64,000 bases of DNA. It comes from Eledone cirrhosa. Its lineage: Eukaryota. The DNA is taken from positions 236,034,001 through 236,098,000 of the forward strand of contig OZ024743.1 of NCBI GenBank assembly GCA_964016885.1, read 5' to 3'. Positions 13,880 through 29,261 of the stretch are shown here, one piece after another. Position numbers and translations under genes: made by a program. The first letter of the stretch is position 1; each line of letters opens with the position of its first letter. The notes under the pieces were generated by a model, which did not search any database, was not told the DNA's origin, and saw nothing but the letters and a program-made list of their open reading frames with translations.

Positions 13880-13887
13880 ATATATAC

Positions 13888-13918
<31 letters not shown>

Positions 13919-14187
13919 CATATATATATACACATATATATACACATATATATATACATATATATATATACATATATATATACATATATATATATATACA
14001 TATATATATACATATATATATATACATATATATATATACATATATATACATATATATATATACATATATATACATACATATATATATACATATATATATA
14101 TACATATATATATACATATATATACATACATATATATATACATATATATACATACATATATATATACATATACATATATATACATAC

Positions 14188-14219
<32 letters not shown>

Positions 14220-14285
14220 GTATATATATATGTATATATATATACATATATATACATACATATATATATACATATATATACATAC

Positions 14286-14338
<53 letters not shown>

Positions 14339-14813
14339 CATATATACATATATTGGTCCAACATCCAGGCCGAAACAAATGAGATCGTGTAGGTGTCACG
14401 ACAAAAAACACACAGTCCACGCTGTAAATGTGGCCGTGTAGGCAACACGTTAAAAACCTCCCAGCCCCACACTGTAAATGTGGTTGGTGTTAGGAAGGGC
14501 ATCCAGCTGTAGAAAACCCGCCTATGCGAGCAAGACAACCACTCTTGCCTCAAGTGGGAAAACCCCCGTCCAAACCCATGCAAGCGTGGAACACGGACGC
14601 TAAACCTGATGATGATGATGATGATGATGATGATATACATATATATATACACATATATATATATATATACACATATATATATATATATACACATATATAT
14701 ATATATATACATATATATACATATATATACATATATATACATATATATACATATATATACATATATACATATATATACATATATACATATATATACATAT
14801 ATATATATATACG

Positions 14814-14909
<96 letters not shown>

Positions 14910-14910
14910 C

Positions 14911-14989
<79 letters not shown>

Positions 14990-15084
14990 CATATATATAC
15001 ATATATATACATATACATATACATATATATACATATACATATATATACATATACATATATATACATATATATACATATATATAC

Positions 15085-15131
<47 letters not shown>

Positions 15132-15132
15132 C

Positions 15133-15195
<63 letters not shown>

Positions 15196-15275
15196 CATAT
15201 ATATATATAAAAGACGTGAAATAAGAAAAAATAAAAAAAATAAAAAAATAAAAAATTAACTTACTTAAATTTTCA

Positions 15276-15355
15276 CTCCAACTAATTAGTTTCTGCAATG
15301 GGATAAAGACAGTTACGTAATGAACTGTTGAGAATTTCATTGCGTCATCAGGGAG
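15276..15355 (-). ncRNA. Type I hammerhead ribozyme (duplicate of 10551-10630)
   Basis: Same sequence inside the segmental duplication. Confidence 0.7.
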
Positions 15356-15647
15356 GTCATTCTCAGCCAGGTCTCCAGGCAATGCGCGGACACTGGGGAC
15401 TCATATAAAAATAATAATAATTCGGTAAATGGAACAGCTATCGAGGACTGAATTCCAGGTACTGAAAATTCTCACTGCCACTGATCATATGGCCGATTCT
15501 AAAGAATCAATCACGTGACACATATATACATATATACATATACATATACACATATATACATATACACATATATACATATACACATACATATACATATACA
15601 CATATATACATATATACATATATATGTATATACACATATATATATAC

Positions 15648-15682
<35 letters not shown>

Positions 15683-15701
15683 CATATATACATATACATA
15701 C

Positions 15702-15734
<33 letters not shown>

Positions 15735-16249
15735 CATATATATATACATATATACATATATATATACACATATATAAATATACATATACATATATACATA
15801 TACATATATACATATACATATATATATATACACATATATACATATACATATATATATATATATATATAAATATACATATATATATAAATATACATATATA
15901 TATATACATATATACACATATACATATATATATATATACATATATATATAAATATACATATATATATAAATATACATATATATATAAATATACATATATA
16001 TATATACATATATACACATATATATATATACATATATATATATATACATATATATATAAATATACATATATATATATACATATATACACATATATATATA
16101 CACATATATACATATACATATAAATATACATATATATATAAATATACATATATATATATACATATATATATAAATATACATATATACATATATATATAAA
16201 TATACATATATATATATACATATATATATATACTAATATATATATATAC

Positions 16250-16780
16250 ATCATCATCATCATCATCATCACCGTTTTACGTCCGTTCTTCCACGCTAGC
16301 ATGGGTTAGACGGGTTGTCCTGTTGTGGGCAGTGTCTGGTCGGCTGACCATGCCTTGCTCATACAGGAACTGATCTGGCTTGATTTCTACAGCTGGATGC
16401 CCTTCCTAACACCAACCTCATTTACAGTGAGTGCTGGGTGCTTTTTCGTGGCGCCTACACGTCCACTTTACAGTGTGGGCTGGGTGCTTTTTTGCCGTGG
16501 CGCCTACACGACCACCTTGCGGTGGGGGGGGGGGGCATATTGTTTATATGCTTCAGCATGTACCCATGGGAGGTCGGGTACCCTGTATTACTGCGTGACG
16601 CCAGAAGTCACGGTCGTGTGTCATTGACTTTGAGAGGTGTAGTTGGGTAAGGTCGGCTTTTATCACCTCATCCCAAGTCATCTTGGGTCTCCCCACTCCG
16701 CGGTTTCCATCAACTTCTAGTGCTCTGCACCTTTTTATGCAGCTGTCATCCTTCATACGCATCACATGTCCATACCAGCC
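16250..16780 (-). mobile_element. 5'-truncated RTE (family b) 3' end
   Basis: [43 protein letters not shown]...GTC*, then 3' UTR and (GAT)n. Confidence 0.85.
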
Positions 16781-17197
16781 ATATATATATATAATATATA
16801 TATATACATATATACACATATATACATATATATACATATACATATATACATATATATATATATACATATATACATATATATATATATATACATATATACA
16901 TATATATATATATATACATATATACATATATATATATATACATATATACATATATACATATATATATATATACATATATACATATATACATATATACATA
17001 TATATATATACATATATACATATATATATACATATATACATATATATATACATATATATATATATACATATATACATACATACATATATACATACATACA
17101 TACATACATATATACATATATATATACATATATACATATATATATACATATATATATATATACATATATATATACATATATATACATATATACATAC

Positions 17198-17230
<33 letters not shown>

Positions 17231-17343
17231 CATACATATATACATACATATATACATATATACATACATACATACACACATATATACATACATACATACA
17301 TATATATATATATATATGTATATATATACATATATATATATTC

Positions 17344-17376
<33 letters not shown>

Positions 17377-17617
17377 TAGAGAAAATCGATTGACTTTTGT
17401 CAAATCGGATCGAGGAAACAGTGTTTCCATTGGTCTTTCCAATTGCTAATACCATCTATCGGTCGCAACTCCAGGTAAAAGGAGCAACGTGAAATAAAGT
17501 GTCTTGCTCAAGGACATAACGCATCGCCCGGTCCAGGAATCGAACTCGCAACCTCACAATTGCGAATGTCTAACCACTCAGCCACACGCCTTCACATATA
17601 TATATATACATATATAT

Positions 17618-17648
<31 letters not shown>

Positions 17649-18108
17649 CATATACATGGTGGCTGCCAACTCGTTTTCGAGTACAGCCACTACTTTATAT
17701 CCATGTAGGAGAACTCCTACTGATGCGCTGAACGAGTGTGACTTTTTAGTCCAGCCAGCGAGTTGAAAACTCTGGTACAAACACTACACCTGTGACAATT
17801 ATTGACACATAGTGCTGGGCCCATGGTAATATGTGACGACAAGTGCAGAGAGATCTCCAGATATAAAGCAATGCCTGTGCCGTGAAGCTTTTATAGTGAG
17901 CAAAGGCACTGCACAAAGCCAGTCCCACTCTATTAACCAAGATGATATTTACCAAAAAGAAGAACAAGTCAACATCATTGGATACCATCAGAGTTGCAGG
18001 TGTTATATCAGAGATTTCCTTCTAGAATTCTGCCTTGACAAAGGCTAAGGGGTCATCTCTCCCGTTGATTTTGGATGGCCATTGACTCTTAAGAGCTCCT
18101 ATATATAC

Positions 18109-18142
<34 letters not shown>

Positions 18143-18399
18143 ATATATCTACATACATATATATATATATACATACATATATATATATATATCTACATAC
18201 ATATATATATATATACATACATACATATATATATACATACATACATATATATATACATACATACATATATATATATATACATACATATATATATATATAC
18301 ATACATACATATATATATATATACATACATATATATATATATACATACATATATATATATATATACATACATATATATATATATATACATACATATATA

Positions 18400-18513
<114 letters not shown>

Positions 18514-18584
18514 CATATATATATATATACATACATATATATATATATACATACATATATATATATATATACATACATATATAT

Positions 18585-18617
<33 letters not shown>

Positions 18618-18630
18618 CATACATATATAT

Positions 18631-18663
<33 letters not shown>

Positions 18664-18691
18664 CATACATATATATATACATACATATATA

Positions 18692-18757
<66 letters not shown>

Positions 18758-18768
18758 GATATACATAC

Positions 18769-18799
<31 letters not shown>

Positions 18800-18831
18800 G
18801 ATATACATACATATATATATATATACATACA

Positions 18832-18865
<34 letters not shown>

Positions 18866-18972
18866 CGTACATATATATATATATACATACATATATATAT
18901 ATATACATACATACATATATATATACATACATATATATATACATACATATATATATATATACATACATATAC

Positions 18973-19007
<35 letters not shown>

Positions 19008-19012
19008 CATAC

Positions 19013-19045
<33 letters not shown>

Positions 19046-19151
19046 CATACATATATATATATATACATACATATATATATATACATATATATATATACAT
19101 ACATATATATATATACATACATATATATATATATATACATATATATACATG

Positions 19152-19191
<40 letters not shown>

Positions 19192-19511
19192 CATGCAAGC
19201 AGGGAAAAGCGGACGTAAAATGATGATGATGATGATGATGATATATATATATACACATATATATATATACACATATATATATATATATACACATATATAT
19301 ATATACACATATATATATATACACATATATATATATACACATATATATATATACACATATACATATATATATACACATATACATATATATATATACATAT
19401 ATATATATACATATATATATATACATATATATATATACATATATATATATACATATATATATATACATATATATATATACATATATATATATACACATAT
19501 ATATATACACA

Positions 19512-19543
<32 letters not shown>

Positions 19544-19763
19544 CATATATATATATACATATATATATATACATATACATATATACATATACATATATAC
19601 ATATACATATATACATATATACATATACATATATACATATACATATATATATATACATATATATATATACATATATATATATACATATATATATATACAT
19701 ATATATATATACATATATATATATACATATATATATATACATATATATACATACATATACATA

Positions 19764-19815
<52 letters not shown>

Positions 19816-19990
19816 CATATATATATATATATACATATATATATACATATATATATATACATATATATATATACATATATATATATACATATATATATAT
19901 ACATATATATATATACATATATATATACATATATATATATACATATATATATATACATATATATATATACATATATATATACATATATAC

Positions 19991-20025
<35 letters not shown>

Positions 20026-20180
20026 CATATATATATACATACATACATATATATATACATATATATATATACATATACATATACATATATATATATATAT
20101 ACATATATACATATATATATATATATACATATATACATATATGTATATATATATATACATATATACATATATGTATATAC

Positions 20181-20238
<58 letters not shown>

Positions 20239-20298
20239 GTATATACATATATGTATATATGTATATATATATATACATATATACATATATGTATATAC

Positions 20299-20356
<58 letters not shown>

Positions 20357-20394
20357 GTATATACATATATGTATATATGTATATATATATATAT

Positions 20395-21135
20395 GCCTAC
20401 CCTTTTAAGAAAACCCACTGTACCAATAGGAAATGTATCATATGTAAGGTGAACCCCCGGATAAACTGTAAAACTAGAAACGTAGTCTATAGCATAAGAT
20501 GTACAGAGGGTACTTGCAGAAACACGACAACAACATACATAGGTGAGACAGCTCGTAGCATAGGTGAAAGGATAGACCAACACTGGGGGGAACTAAAAGG
20601 ACGAAAAAACGGGTCAGTACTATACGAACATGCTAGACAACATCATGACGGTAACATAGACAACATAGAAATTAGAATAATATCTAAACATAGGAATGAC
20701 CCAGCAGATAGGCAAATCAGAGAGGCCAGTGAAATAGAAATTAGAAGACCAAAGCTAAACAGAAAGAATGAGTGGAACAACAACAACACCCAAACAAACA
20801 ACACTGACCTAAGAGAAGTATAAATAAATAAGTAAATTAAATTAAATAAAATAAGATAAATAAATACATACACAAGCACATAAACACACACTAGTCACCC
20901 AGCAGACACAACACTATACACACTAGTCACACATCACACATAACACTATACACACACGCAAACGCATGCGCAAAGAAGACAAAATAAAATAAGATAAACA
21001 AACAAGCAAATAAATAAATAAATATATAGACAGACTGAACAAAAAAAAAATGGCGTAGACATACAACACAACAGGAGGAACAATGAATATAACACCACTG
21101 ACGATGTTGCAGATGTGCAACGAAAGATTTATGTA
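20395..21135 (+). mobile_element. Penelope-like element 3' fragment encoding GIY-YIG endonuclease (coding ~20400-20823)
   Basis: C..RKCIIC...[13 protein letters not shown]...[16 protein letters not shown]...SVLYEH...RQIREASEI....PKLNRKNEW. Downstream hammerhead core. Confidence 0.85.
21092..21133 (+). ncRNA. Minimal type I hammerhead core in the Penelope 3' region (stems I/III weak)
   Basis: CTGACGA T GTTGCA-GATG-TGCAAC GAAA GATTTA TG. Confidence 0.6.
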
Positions 21136-21404
21136 AACTATATATATATGTGTTTGTCTATATTGTATCTGTATTATTTTTGACCGCCGGTCAGTCAATG
21201 GCAACATTGAGGACCGAGTAAGTTAGATCGCAGATATATATATATAAAAGACAGCGAGAAGCGAAAACCAACCAAACAGTGAGTGTGTTCTGTTATTAAT
21301 TCTGGCAATATTACGCAAATATGACCCTCCCCAAATATAACAATATCTGTTTTGACACACGATTTCATATAAAAAAACCTCGCAAAACTAATACATATAT
21401 ATAC

Positions 21405-21436
<32 letters not shown>

Positions 21437-21442
21437 TTATAC

Positions 21443-21489
<47 letters not shown>

Positions 21490-21494
21490 CATAC

Positions 21495-21768
21495 TCCCAA
21501 AAGTCAGCTCAAAAGTTACACAGAGGAGACAGGTTAGCTGGACATGCTCACCGACATCCAGAGTTGACATTGCACTCAGTGCTCCTGTGGGAGCCCTCAC
21601 ACTGGAAGAGGAAGACCAAGGTTGACATATGTTGAAGCCCTAAGGACAGACACTGGTCTGTTGGAGATGCAGGACATGGCAGCGACAATGAGGGACAGAG
21701 ACCGCTGGAGAGAACTCGTCCATGAATCTCAAGAATTTTACCCGCCCTAGATAGATAGATAGATAGAG
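21495..21768 (+). mobile_element. RTEX-like LINE 3' fragment with (AGAT)n tail
   Basis: RLAGHAHRHPELTLHSVLLWEP. Ends ACCCGCCCTAGATAGATAG. Same family as 45400-45852. Confidence 0.7.
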
Positions 21769-21969
21769 ATTCATACATACACACATATATATAAATATAC
21801 CCACACACACATATATATATACACATACATATACACACGCACATACCCACACCTACATACACAAACACACACACATATACACACACACACACATAAGTGT
21901 CAACAATTTCTAGCCTCATCAAAATTTAATGCTAACTTCAACACTAACTATTGACACACAAACAGTTGT

Positions 21970-22212
21970 ATTACTACTACCACTACTACTACCACTACCA
22001 CCACTACTACTACTACCACTACTACCACTACCACTACTACCACCACCACTACTACCACCACCACTACTACCACCACCACTACTACCACCACCACCACTAC
22101 TACTACCACTACTACCACCACCACCACCACCACTACTACCACCACCACCACCACCACCACCACCACCACTACTACCACCACCACCACCACTACTACCACC
22201 ACCACCACGACT
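21970..22212. repeat. (CAC/TAC)n trinucleotide repeat
   Basis: Direct inspection. Confidence 0.95.
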
Positions 22213-22554
22213 ATAATATAAATATCTCCTTTATAATATTTATAAATATTTGCCATGACAGTCTTTGATAGTTTTATGTGAAATATCAATAACAGAAAAC
22301 CTATTAAGATGTTACTGATGATGATGGTGTTTAGCCCTGTATCAGCTCAGAACAAGCAGACCTATCATAAGATGTTACTGATGATGATTGTGTTTAGCCC
22401 TGGGTCAGCTCAGAATAAGCAGACCTATCATCATGATGGCTTAGGCATGGCAATGTTAGAGGGGAGGACCAAATACCTTGTGGTATTTGTTCTAGGTCTT
22501 TACCAAATCTGAAACAATGAAAAGCATAGTGAAATCTCACTACATAGCACTGTT

Positions 22555-23275
22555 GACCACTACCACGGCAGTAGATGTCTTATAGTGACCACTACCACGG
22601 CAGTAGATGTCTTATAGTGACCATCACACCCACCCCTAACAACACCATCACTACCATGGCAGTAGATGTCTTATAGTGACCATCACACCCACCCCTAACA
22701 ACACCATCACTACCATGGCAGTAGATGTCTTATAGTGACCATCACACCCACCCCTAACAACACCATCACTACCATGGCAGTAGATGTCTTATAGTGACCA
22801 TCACACCCACCCCTAACAACACCATCACTACCATGGCAGTAGATGTCTTATAGTGACCATCACACCCACCCCTAACAACACCATCACTACCATGGCAGTA
22901 GATGTCTTATAGTGACCATCACACCCACCCCTAACAACACCATCACTACCATGGCAGTAGATGTCTTATAGTGACCAACACACCCACCCCTAACAACACC
23001 ATCACACCCACCCCCAACAACACCATCACACCCACCCCCAACAGCACCATCACCACTACCTCCAACAACACCATCACCACCATGACCCCCCAGCACCACC
23101 ATCACCCCCAACAACACCATCACACCCACCCCCAACAGCACCATCACCTCCAACAACACCATCACCACCATCACCACCCACACTCCAAACAACACCTTCA
23201 CCACCACCTCCAACAACACCACCATCACCACCATCACCCTCAGCACCACCATCACCACCACATCCAACTGCACCA
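22555..23275. repeat. 59-bp minisatellite (~7 copies) grading into CAC-rich low-complexity sequence
   Basis: Unit ATGGCAGTAGATGTCTTATAGTGACCATCACACCCACCCCTAACAACACCATCACTACC. Confidence 0.9.
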
Positions 23276-23321
23276 CATGTCGCATTACATAATGTGGTCT
23301 TCAAATAGAAACAGACAGTAT

Positions 23322-23703
23322 ATAAGATGGGTGTGTAGATGTTGACCCAGTTATAGATGTGTGTGTGGATGTTGACCCAGTTACAGACGAGTGTGTATGT
23401 GTTGACCCAGTTGTAAATGGGTGTGTAGATGTTGACCCAGTTATAGATGGGTGTAGATGTTGACCCAGTTATAGATGGGTGTGTAGATGTTGACCCCGTT
23501 ATATAGGTGCGTAGATATTGACCCAGTTACAGACGAGTGTGTATGTGTTGACCCAGTTATAGATGGGTGTGCAGATGTTGACCCAGTTATAGATGGGTGT
23601 GTAGGTGTTGACCCAGTGCAGATGGGTGTAGTGTTAACCCAGCTACAGATGGGTGAGTAGGTGTTGACCCAGCTACAGATAGGCGTGTAGGTGTTGACCC
23701 AGC
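23322..23703. repeat. ~30-bp minisatellite
   Basis: Unit GATGTTGACCCAGTTATAGATGGGTGTGTA. Confidence 0.9.
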
Positions 23704-24539
23704 TAAAGATATGTAGCTGTTGACTCAGACAGAGGAATACTATATAGAGGCAGACAGGTACTATATTTATTTGTGTATAATGCACAGACAGGCAGTCAAG
23801 CAAATACTATATTTACTTGTGTATAATGCACTAACAGACAGACAGACAGACAGACAGGTAGGCAGACAGACAGATCAATACTATATTTACTTGTGACAGA
23901 CAGACAGACAGACAGGCAGGCAGGCAGGTAGGCAGACGAATCAATACTATATTTACTTGAGTGACAGACAGACAAATCAATACTAGTATATAATGCAAAA
24001 CAAAGTTGATTAAAATAAATCAGCATTTAAATTGGATAATAGCATTATACTCAAGTGTAAAAAAATATATATATAAAAATACAACAAACCTGTGAAAACA
24101 ACAAACTGAAGATGGGAGCCCCAGGACATATGGAAATTAATTAATTTACTTCATTTCCTGTGGCTATGAAATATTGTCTTCACAGTAAATATATATCCAC
24201 TGGCCATTAATTCAGTTAACATGCTGGTAGTGTGTGCATAGGCACCATTGTTGAACAGAGATTGTTTCATTTAAAAGATAATTCTAAAAAGAACCATGGC
24301 AGCTTTAGTGTTTGTTGTTTTAGATAATTTTATGTTTTAACTGTTTTCAAACTTCCAGCAATATTTCATTGATTGCCTAATTCTTACATTACCAGATTTT
24401 TAAGGAAAGGTGCTAATGATGATTTTCAAAGTATTTTGAAAATAATCAAGAATTTGGAGGGAGTTAGTAATATAACTAATTTCCTCATTATCAAGCTGGT
24501 GTTTGGAACACATCTTAACCCTTTACCATTTACAGCCAT

Positions 24540-24685
24540 GCTTTCTAGCATAGTTACGTCCCTTTACGGTCTGAGTTCAAATCCCGTTGAGGTTAACTTT
24601 GCCTTTCATCCTTACGGGGTCGACAAAATAAAGTACCAGTAATGTACTGGGTAATTGCTGGCCTTGTACCAAAAGTAGAAACAAC
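24540..24685 (+). mobile_element. Meta/MESC-like SINE fragment
   Basis: GAGTTCAAATCCCGTTGAGGTTAACTTTGCCTTTCATCCTTACGGGGTCGAC. Confidence 0.75.
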
Positions 24686-25602
24686 TATATTTACTATTGT
24701 ATTTTCATGGTAAACCCTTTACCTCACATAACATTTACATTATATATACTATTGTATTTTCACAATAAAGGCTTTACCTCACATAATATCTCACATAACA
24801 TTTACATTACTCTATATATACTATTTTATTTTCACATTAAAGGCTTTACCTCACATAATATCTCACATAACATCTACATTACTCTATATATACACTATAT
24901 GTACTATTATATTTTTGTGGTAAACACTTTACCTTACATAATATCTCACATATAATTTACATTACTCGATATATACTATTGTATTTTTGTGGTAAACACT
25001 TTACCTCACATAATATTGCATCTATGAGATTTTCATATTTATTTATTTTGAGAACAATACCTTATCATCAGTATGAGTGGCCGATTATGGCTGGTTTGAA
25101 CAGAAAGAGGGAAGAGAATTCTGACCAGATACGGCCAGTTAAAAAGCTAAAGGGTTAAGAAAGATTTATACATGAAATTATGATATAAACATTATAAAAA
25201 CAAGTGGTTATAGAACCAGGGATGGTTTCAGGCAGCTTGGTATCAGATAGAGGGCCCCAGGGCTATCAGTGACTGTCACACATGTTCCAGTTTTGGCATG
25301 GTTTCTACAGCTTGTAGCTAACACCAACAATTTTACAGAGTATACTGAGTGTATTTTATCATGGTGCCAGCACTACAGTGGTTATCATGTCCTCAACAAG
25401 AGTACTCTAATCCTTTTTGGCATGGCTTCTACAGTTAGAGATCCTTCCTAATGCCAATAAAACTTACATGTTACCCTTATGCCGGTTTAGCTAGCCTCCT
25501 ACAAAATTGCATCTCATCTGAAGTTTCTCATATGTTTTAATGACAGTGGGCCCCAGCGCCATCAGGAAAAGCAGCATGAAATGTTGTGATCAGATACCAG
25601 GA

Positions 25603-28418
25603 ATCATCATCATCATCATCGTTTAACGTCCATCTTCCATGCTTGCATGGGTTTGGACGGGAGGTTTCCCACTTGAGGCAAGATTTGTTGTCCTGCTCGT
25701 ATAGGACTGTCTGGCGGGTTTTCTATGACTGGATGCCGTTCCTAACACCAACCACATTTACAGTGTGGACTGGGAGGTTTTTACCGTGTTACCTACATGG
25801 CCACATTACAGCGTGGACTGCGTGTTTTTTTGTCGTGACACCTACACAACCTCATTTGTTTCGGACTGGATGTTGTGGTACCAACATAACTTCACATTTA
25901 AGAAGATGGTGTGGATGGGGTGGGGGTAGTGGGACGGGGGTGTATTTTGTTAGAGGTGCCTACTGACTGTAGGTTTCGCTTTGTACTTAGGCAAGGCGGG
26001 TCTTCTGTATGACTGTGTAGCGCCAAAGATCTCGGTCCAGTGACATTGTCTTGGAGAGGTGTAAGTGTGTGAGGTCGGAATTTATCAAGTCGTCCCAGGT
26101 TTTTCTGGGTCTGCCTACTCCGTGGCTACCGTTTATTTTTATCGCCCTGCACTTTTTTATACAGCTGTCGTCTTTCATGCGCATCACGTGACCGTACCAA
26201 CGTAGTCTTCTCTTGAGTAAACAACATCTGATCCCTCTTATTCCTAATTTCTCCCTTAGTTCGTTTATGCTTTGCCGTTCACGTATATTACTATTACACA
26301 TCCAGCGGAGCATGCAAGTTTTGTTTCTCTCCAGTCTGCGTATATCCTCTGCACACAATGTCCAGGTCTCACTGCCATGTAACATTGCTGTTCGTATGCA
26401 GGCATCATACAGCCTGCCTTTCATTTTTAGAGAGAACCCTTTAGCGGCCAATAGTGGTATAAGCTCTCTGAACTTTTTCCATCCCGTTCTGACTCTAGCT
26501 ACTGTACTTTCAGAGCACCCTCCCCCACTGCTGATTTTGTCACCCAGGTAACGGAAGGTGTTCACTATTTCTATAGTACCATCTGTGCAATGGAATGAGC
26601 TAGTATTCAGTGGGCACTTGCTGCTACTTATTGCACCAGAGCACTGGCCACATATAAAATCTATATTCTTAGTTAGCTTACCTGTGATCCCACTACATCT
26701 TTTATGCACCCATACTTTGCATTTGGGACATACTCCTTTCCTACACACTGAGCATGGCCATTTCCCAGATGGGACCGGTGCCCTATTTTCCTTCCTACAA
26801 ACTAGAACTTTAGTCTTAGACAAGTTAACTTTAAGGCCTTTTGATTCTAGGCCATGCTTCCATGTTTGGAATTTCTTCTCTAGTTCAGCCATTGATTCAG
26901 CTATGAGCGTTAGATCATCTGCATATAGGAGTTCCCATGGGCAGCCGGTCTTGAACTCCTCTTATAGCCTGAAGGGCAATAATAAATAGTAGGGGGCTAA
27001 GAACGGAGCCCTGCTGAACACCAATTTTACGCTAAACTCTTCACTATATTCGTTGTTAATTCTAACCTTGCTGACTGTTTCTTTATACATGGCTTGTATA
27101 GCTCTCACAAGTCATTCATCAACACCTAGTTTTCTAAGCGCCCACCAGATAATGGAGCGGGGGACTGTCAAAGGCTTTCTCCAAGTCAACAAAAGCTAAG
27201 TATAAGGATTTACTTTTAGCTAGGTACTTCTCCTGTAGTTGTCGTACAATGAAAAGAGCGTCTGTGGTACTTTTACCTGACACAAACCCGAACTGCATTT
27301 CATCTAGATCAATTCGTTCTCTGATTAGTTACGCTATTACTTTTTCTGTGACCTTCATGACCTGGTCGATTAATTTAATGCCTCTATAGTTACCCCTATC
27401 AAGAGCATCTCCTTTACCCTTGTAGCAGTTAATGATGATGCTGCTATGCCAGTCCTTCGGAACGGCTCCATTCTGTATGACTTGGTTTACTATCCGGGTG
27501 ACGATAGTGTGTCCCACCGTTCCAGATGCTTTCAGCATTTCAGCAACTATTTCCGAAGGCCCAGCCACCTTACCCGTCTTCATATCTTTGATTGCTTTAC
27601 TTATTATACTACCTTCAACTCGCACAGCTGGTCCCTCTATTGGATCGATGTGGGGGAGACTGTCTTTCTCCCATTTATTCTCCTCATTTAGTAGCCTTTC
27701 GTAGTGACACTTCCAAGCTACCTTCTTATCAGCGTCAGTGATGGCAAGTACGCCATCATCGTTAAGTACACACTTCTCCCCGACAATATCACGGTTTTCC
27801 TTGACACATTGCCTAGCAATCCTGAACACCTCACGTTTTTGGTCCTCGCGTTGTAGAACATGCTTGAACTTTCTTTCCTCTGCTTCCCTTCATGCGAAGT
27901 ACACTTGTCTCCTAGCTTTCCTCCTGGCCACTTGATAGTCTTCTCTACTTCCCCCATCCCGCCATACTTTCCAAGCCTGCTTTTTGGCCTTAATTCACTC
28001 CTCCACATTACTGTTCCACCACCACGTTACTCTCCTCCTGCCTATAGGCCTGCTCCAGCCACAAACTTCATCTGCCGCCTTCAGCAGGTTAGCTTTCAGG
28101 AATTCCCACTGTTCCTCTATATTGTACGACTCTAATTGCTCTTCCTTACTGTCGAAAGCATCAAGTAATATGCTTTTAAATTTATTACTGGCTGTGGGGT
28201 CCTTTAGCTTCCATATTTTTCTCCTGAGGATAGTCCTCCTCTGTTGTCGAGTACGTCTTGTCCTGACTATGAGGTCGCTGACTATGAGTCTATGTTGGGA
28301 GGTGCATTCTTCATGGGGGAGGGATTTAGTGTTTACAACAGACACTATCACGTCTTCTGGTAAGGATATAATCTATCTGACTGGCGTGTTCCCCTGATCT
28401 ATAGGTGATCAAGTGATT
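25603..28418 (-). mobile_element. 5'-truncated, degenerate RTE LINE (family a)
   Basis: Collinear with 55647-58488. RT motifs (FVDLEKAFD-like, ELLYADDL), stop at 25987, 3' UTR and (GAT)n tail. Multiple stops and frameshifts. Confidence 0.95.
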
Positions 28419-28472
28419 CAACTCCATTATCTCATCATTGTGAGTCTAATAAACTAACTACAAGGACATACA

Positions 28473-29032
28473 CTTATTCTTGGGTCTTAAATAATCCCCA
28501 CCAGGGCTTATTAAATTTTACTAATCTATCTCCGACAACATTAAAAAACATTATTCATGACAAAATTTCTACCTGCATCAGTTGTTAGCTGTCAAGACAC
28601 TGCATCCTTTAAAACTTCCATGGAACAAACTACCTGCATCAGTTGCTAGCTGTCAAGACACTGCATCCTTTAAAACTTCCATGGAACAAACTACCTGCCG
28701 AGACACTGCATGCTTTAAAACCTCCATGGAACAAACTCCCTGCATCAGTTGTTAGCTGTCGAGACATTGCATCCTTTAAAACCTCCATGCTTCCTGAGAT
28801 TCGCCAACACTACACCTAATATTCCCCCTCCATACTCACACACATGTATATCATGACTCATACACTATTCACTTCCCTGACATTTGTATATTATTCTATG
28901 TAGTATACATGCACCTTTGATGAGTTGTAGTACACCTGAGCACTGTACACAATAATTTCATTATTATTATTATCAAGAGAGACAAATAGAAAAATTATGA
29001 TCTCGCCCCCTATTATTTAGGACTCAAGGGTA
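28473..29032. mobile_element. MITE with TIRs, interrupted by a CR1-like fragment
   Basis: Ends TTCTTGGGTCTTAAATAAT ... ATTATTTAGGACTCAAGGG. Same family as 43218-43605. Confidence 0.55.
28560..28973 (+). mobile_element. CR1/L2-group LINE 3' end with internal 60-bp tandem repeats
   Basis: WNKLPASVVSCRDIASFKTSMLPEIRQHYT*, then 3' UTR ending (ATT)n. Confidence 0.7.
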
Positions 29033-29261
29033 TGCCCAATTTACCTGGACTCAAGAGTATGACCAGTTTACCTCTCATGTTGTCCGAGATATAGTGGATT
29101 ATAAATATATTTATTTGTTACAGAATTGAAGAACGATATTCATAGATAAATGTAGACATAAATTAGAGTGTTTTGATTGGTTGTTTATATGGTAGCTGGT
29201 CACATGACATTGCCAGGTCACATAGGTCCACATCAACAGCTATATCTAGTGAATGGATTAT

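Noticed and set aside
21929-23345. Poly-His/Pro/Val/Thr ORFs (also 29376-30284 and 62081-62713)
   Set aside because: Trinucleotide low-complexity repeats with no splice or domain evidence.
24090-24285. Possible - strand exon bounded by TTTTTAG and GT
   Set aside because: Stops in all three frames. It cannot be supported as coding, and a non-coding exon cannot be tested from sequence alone.
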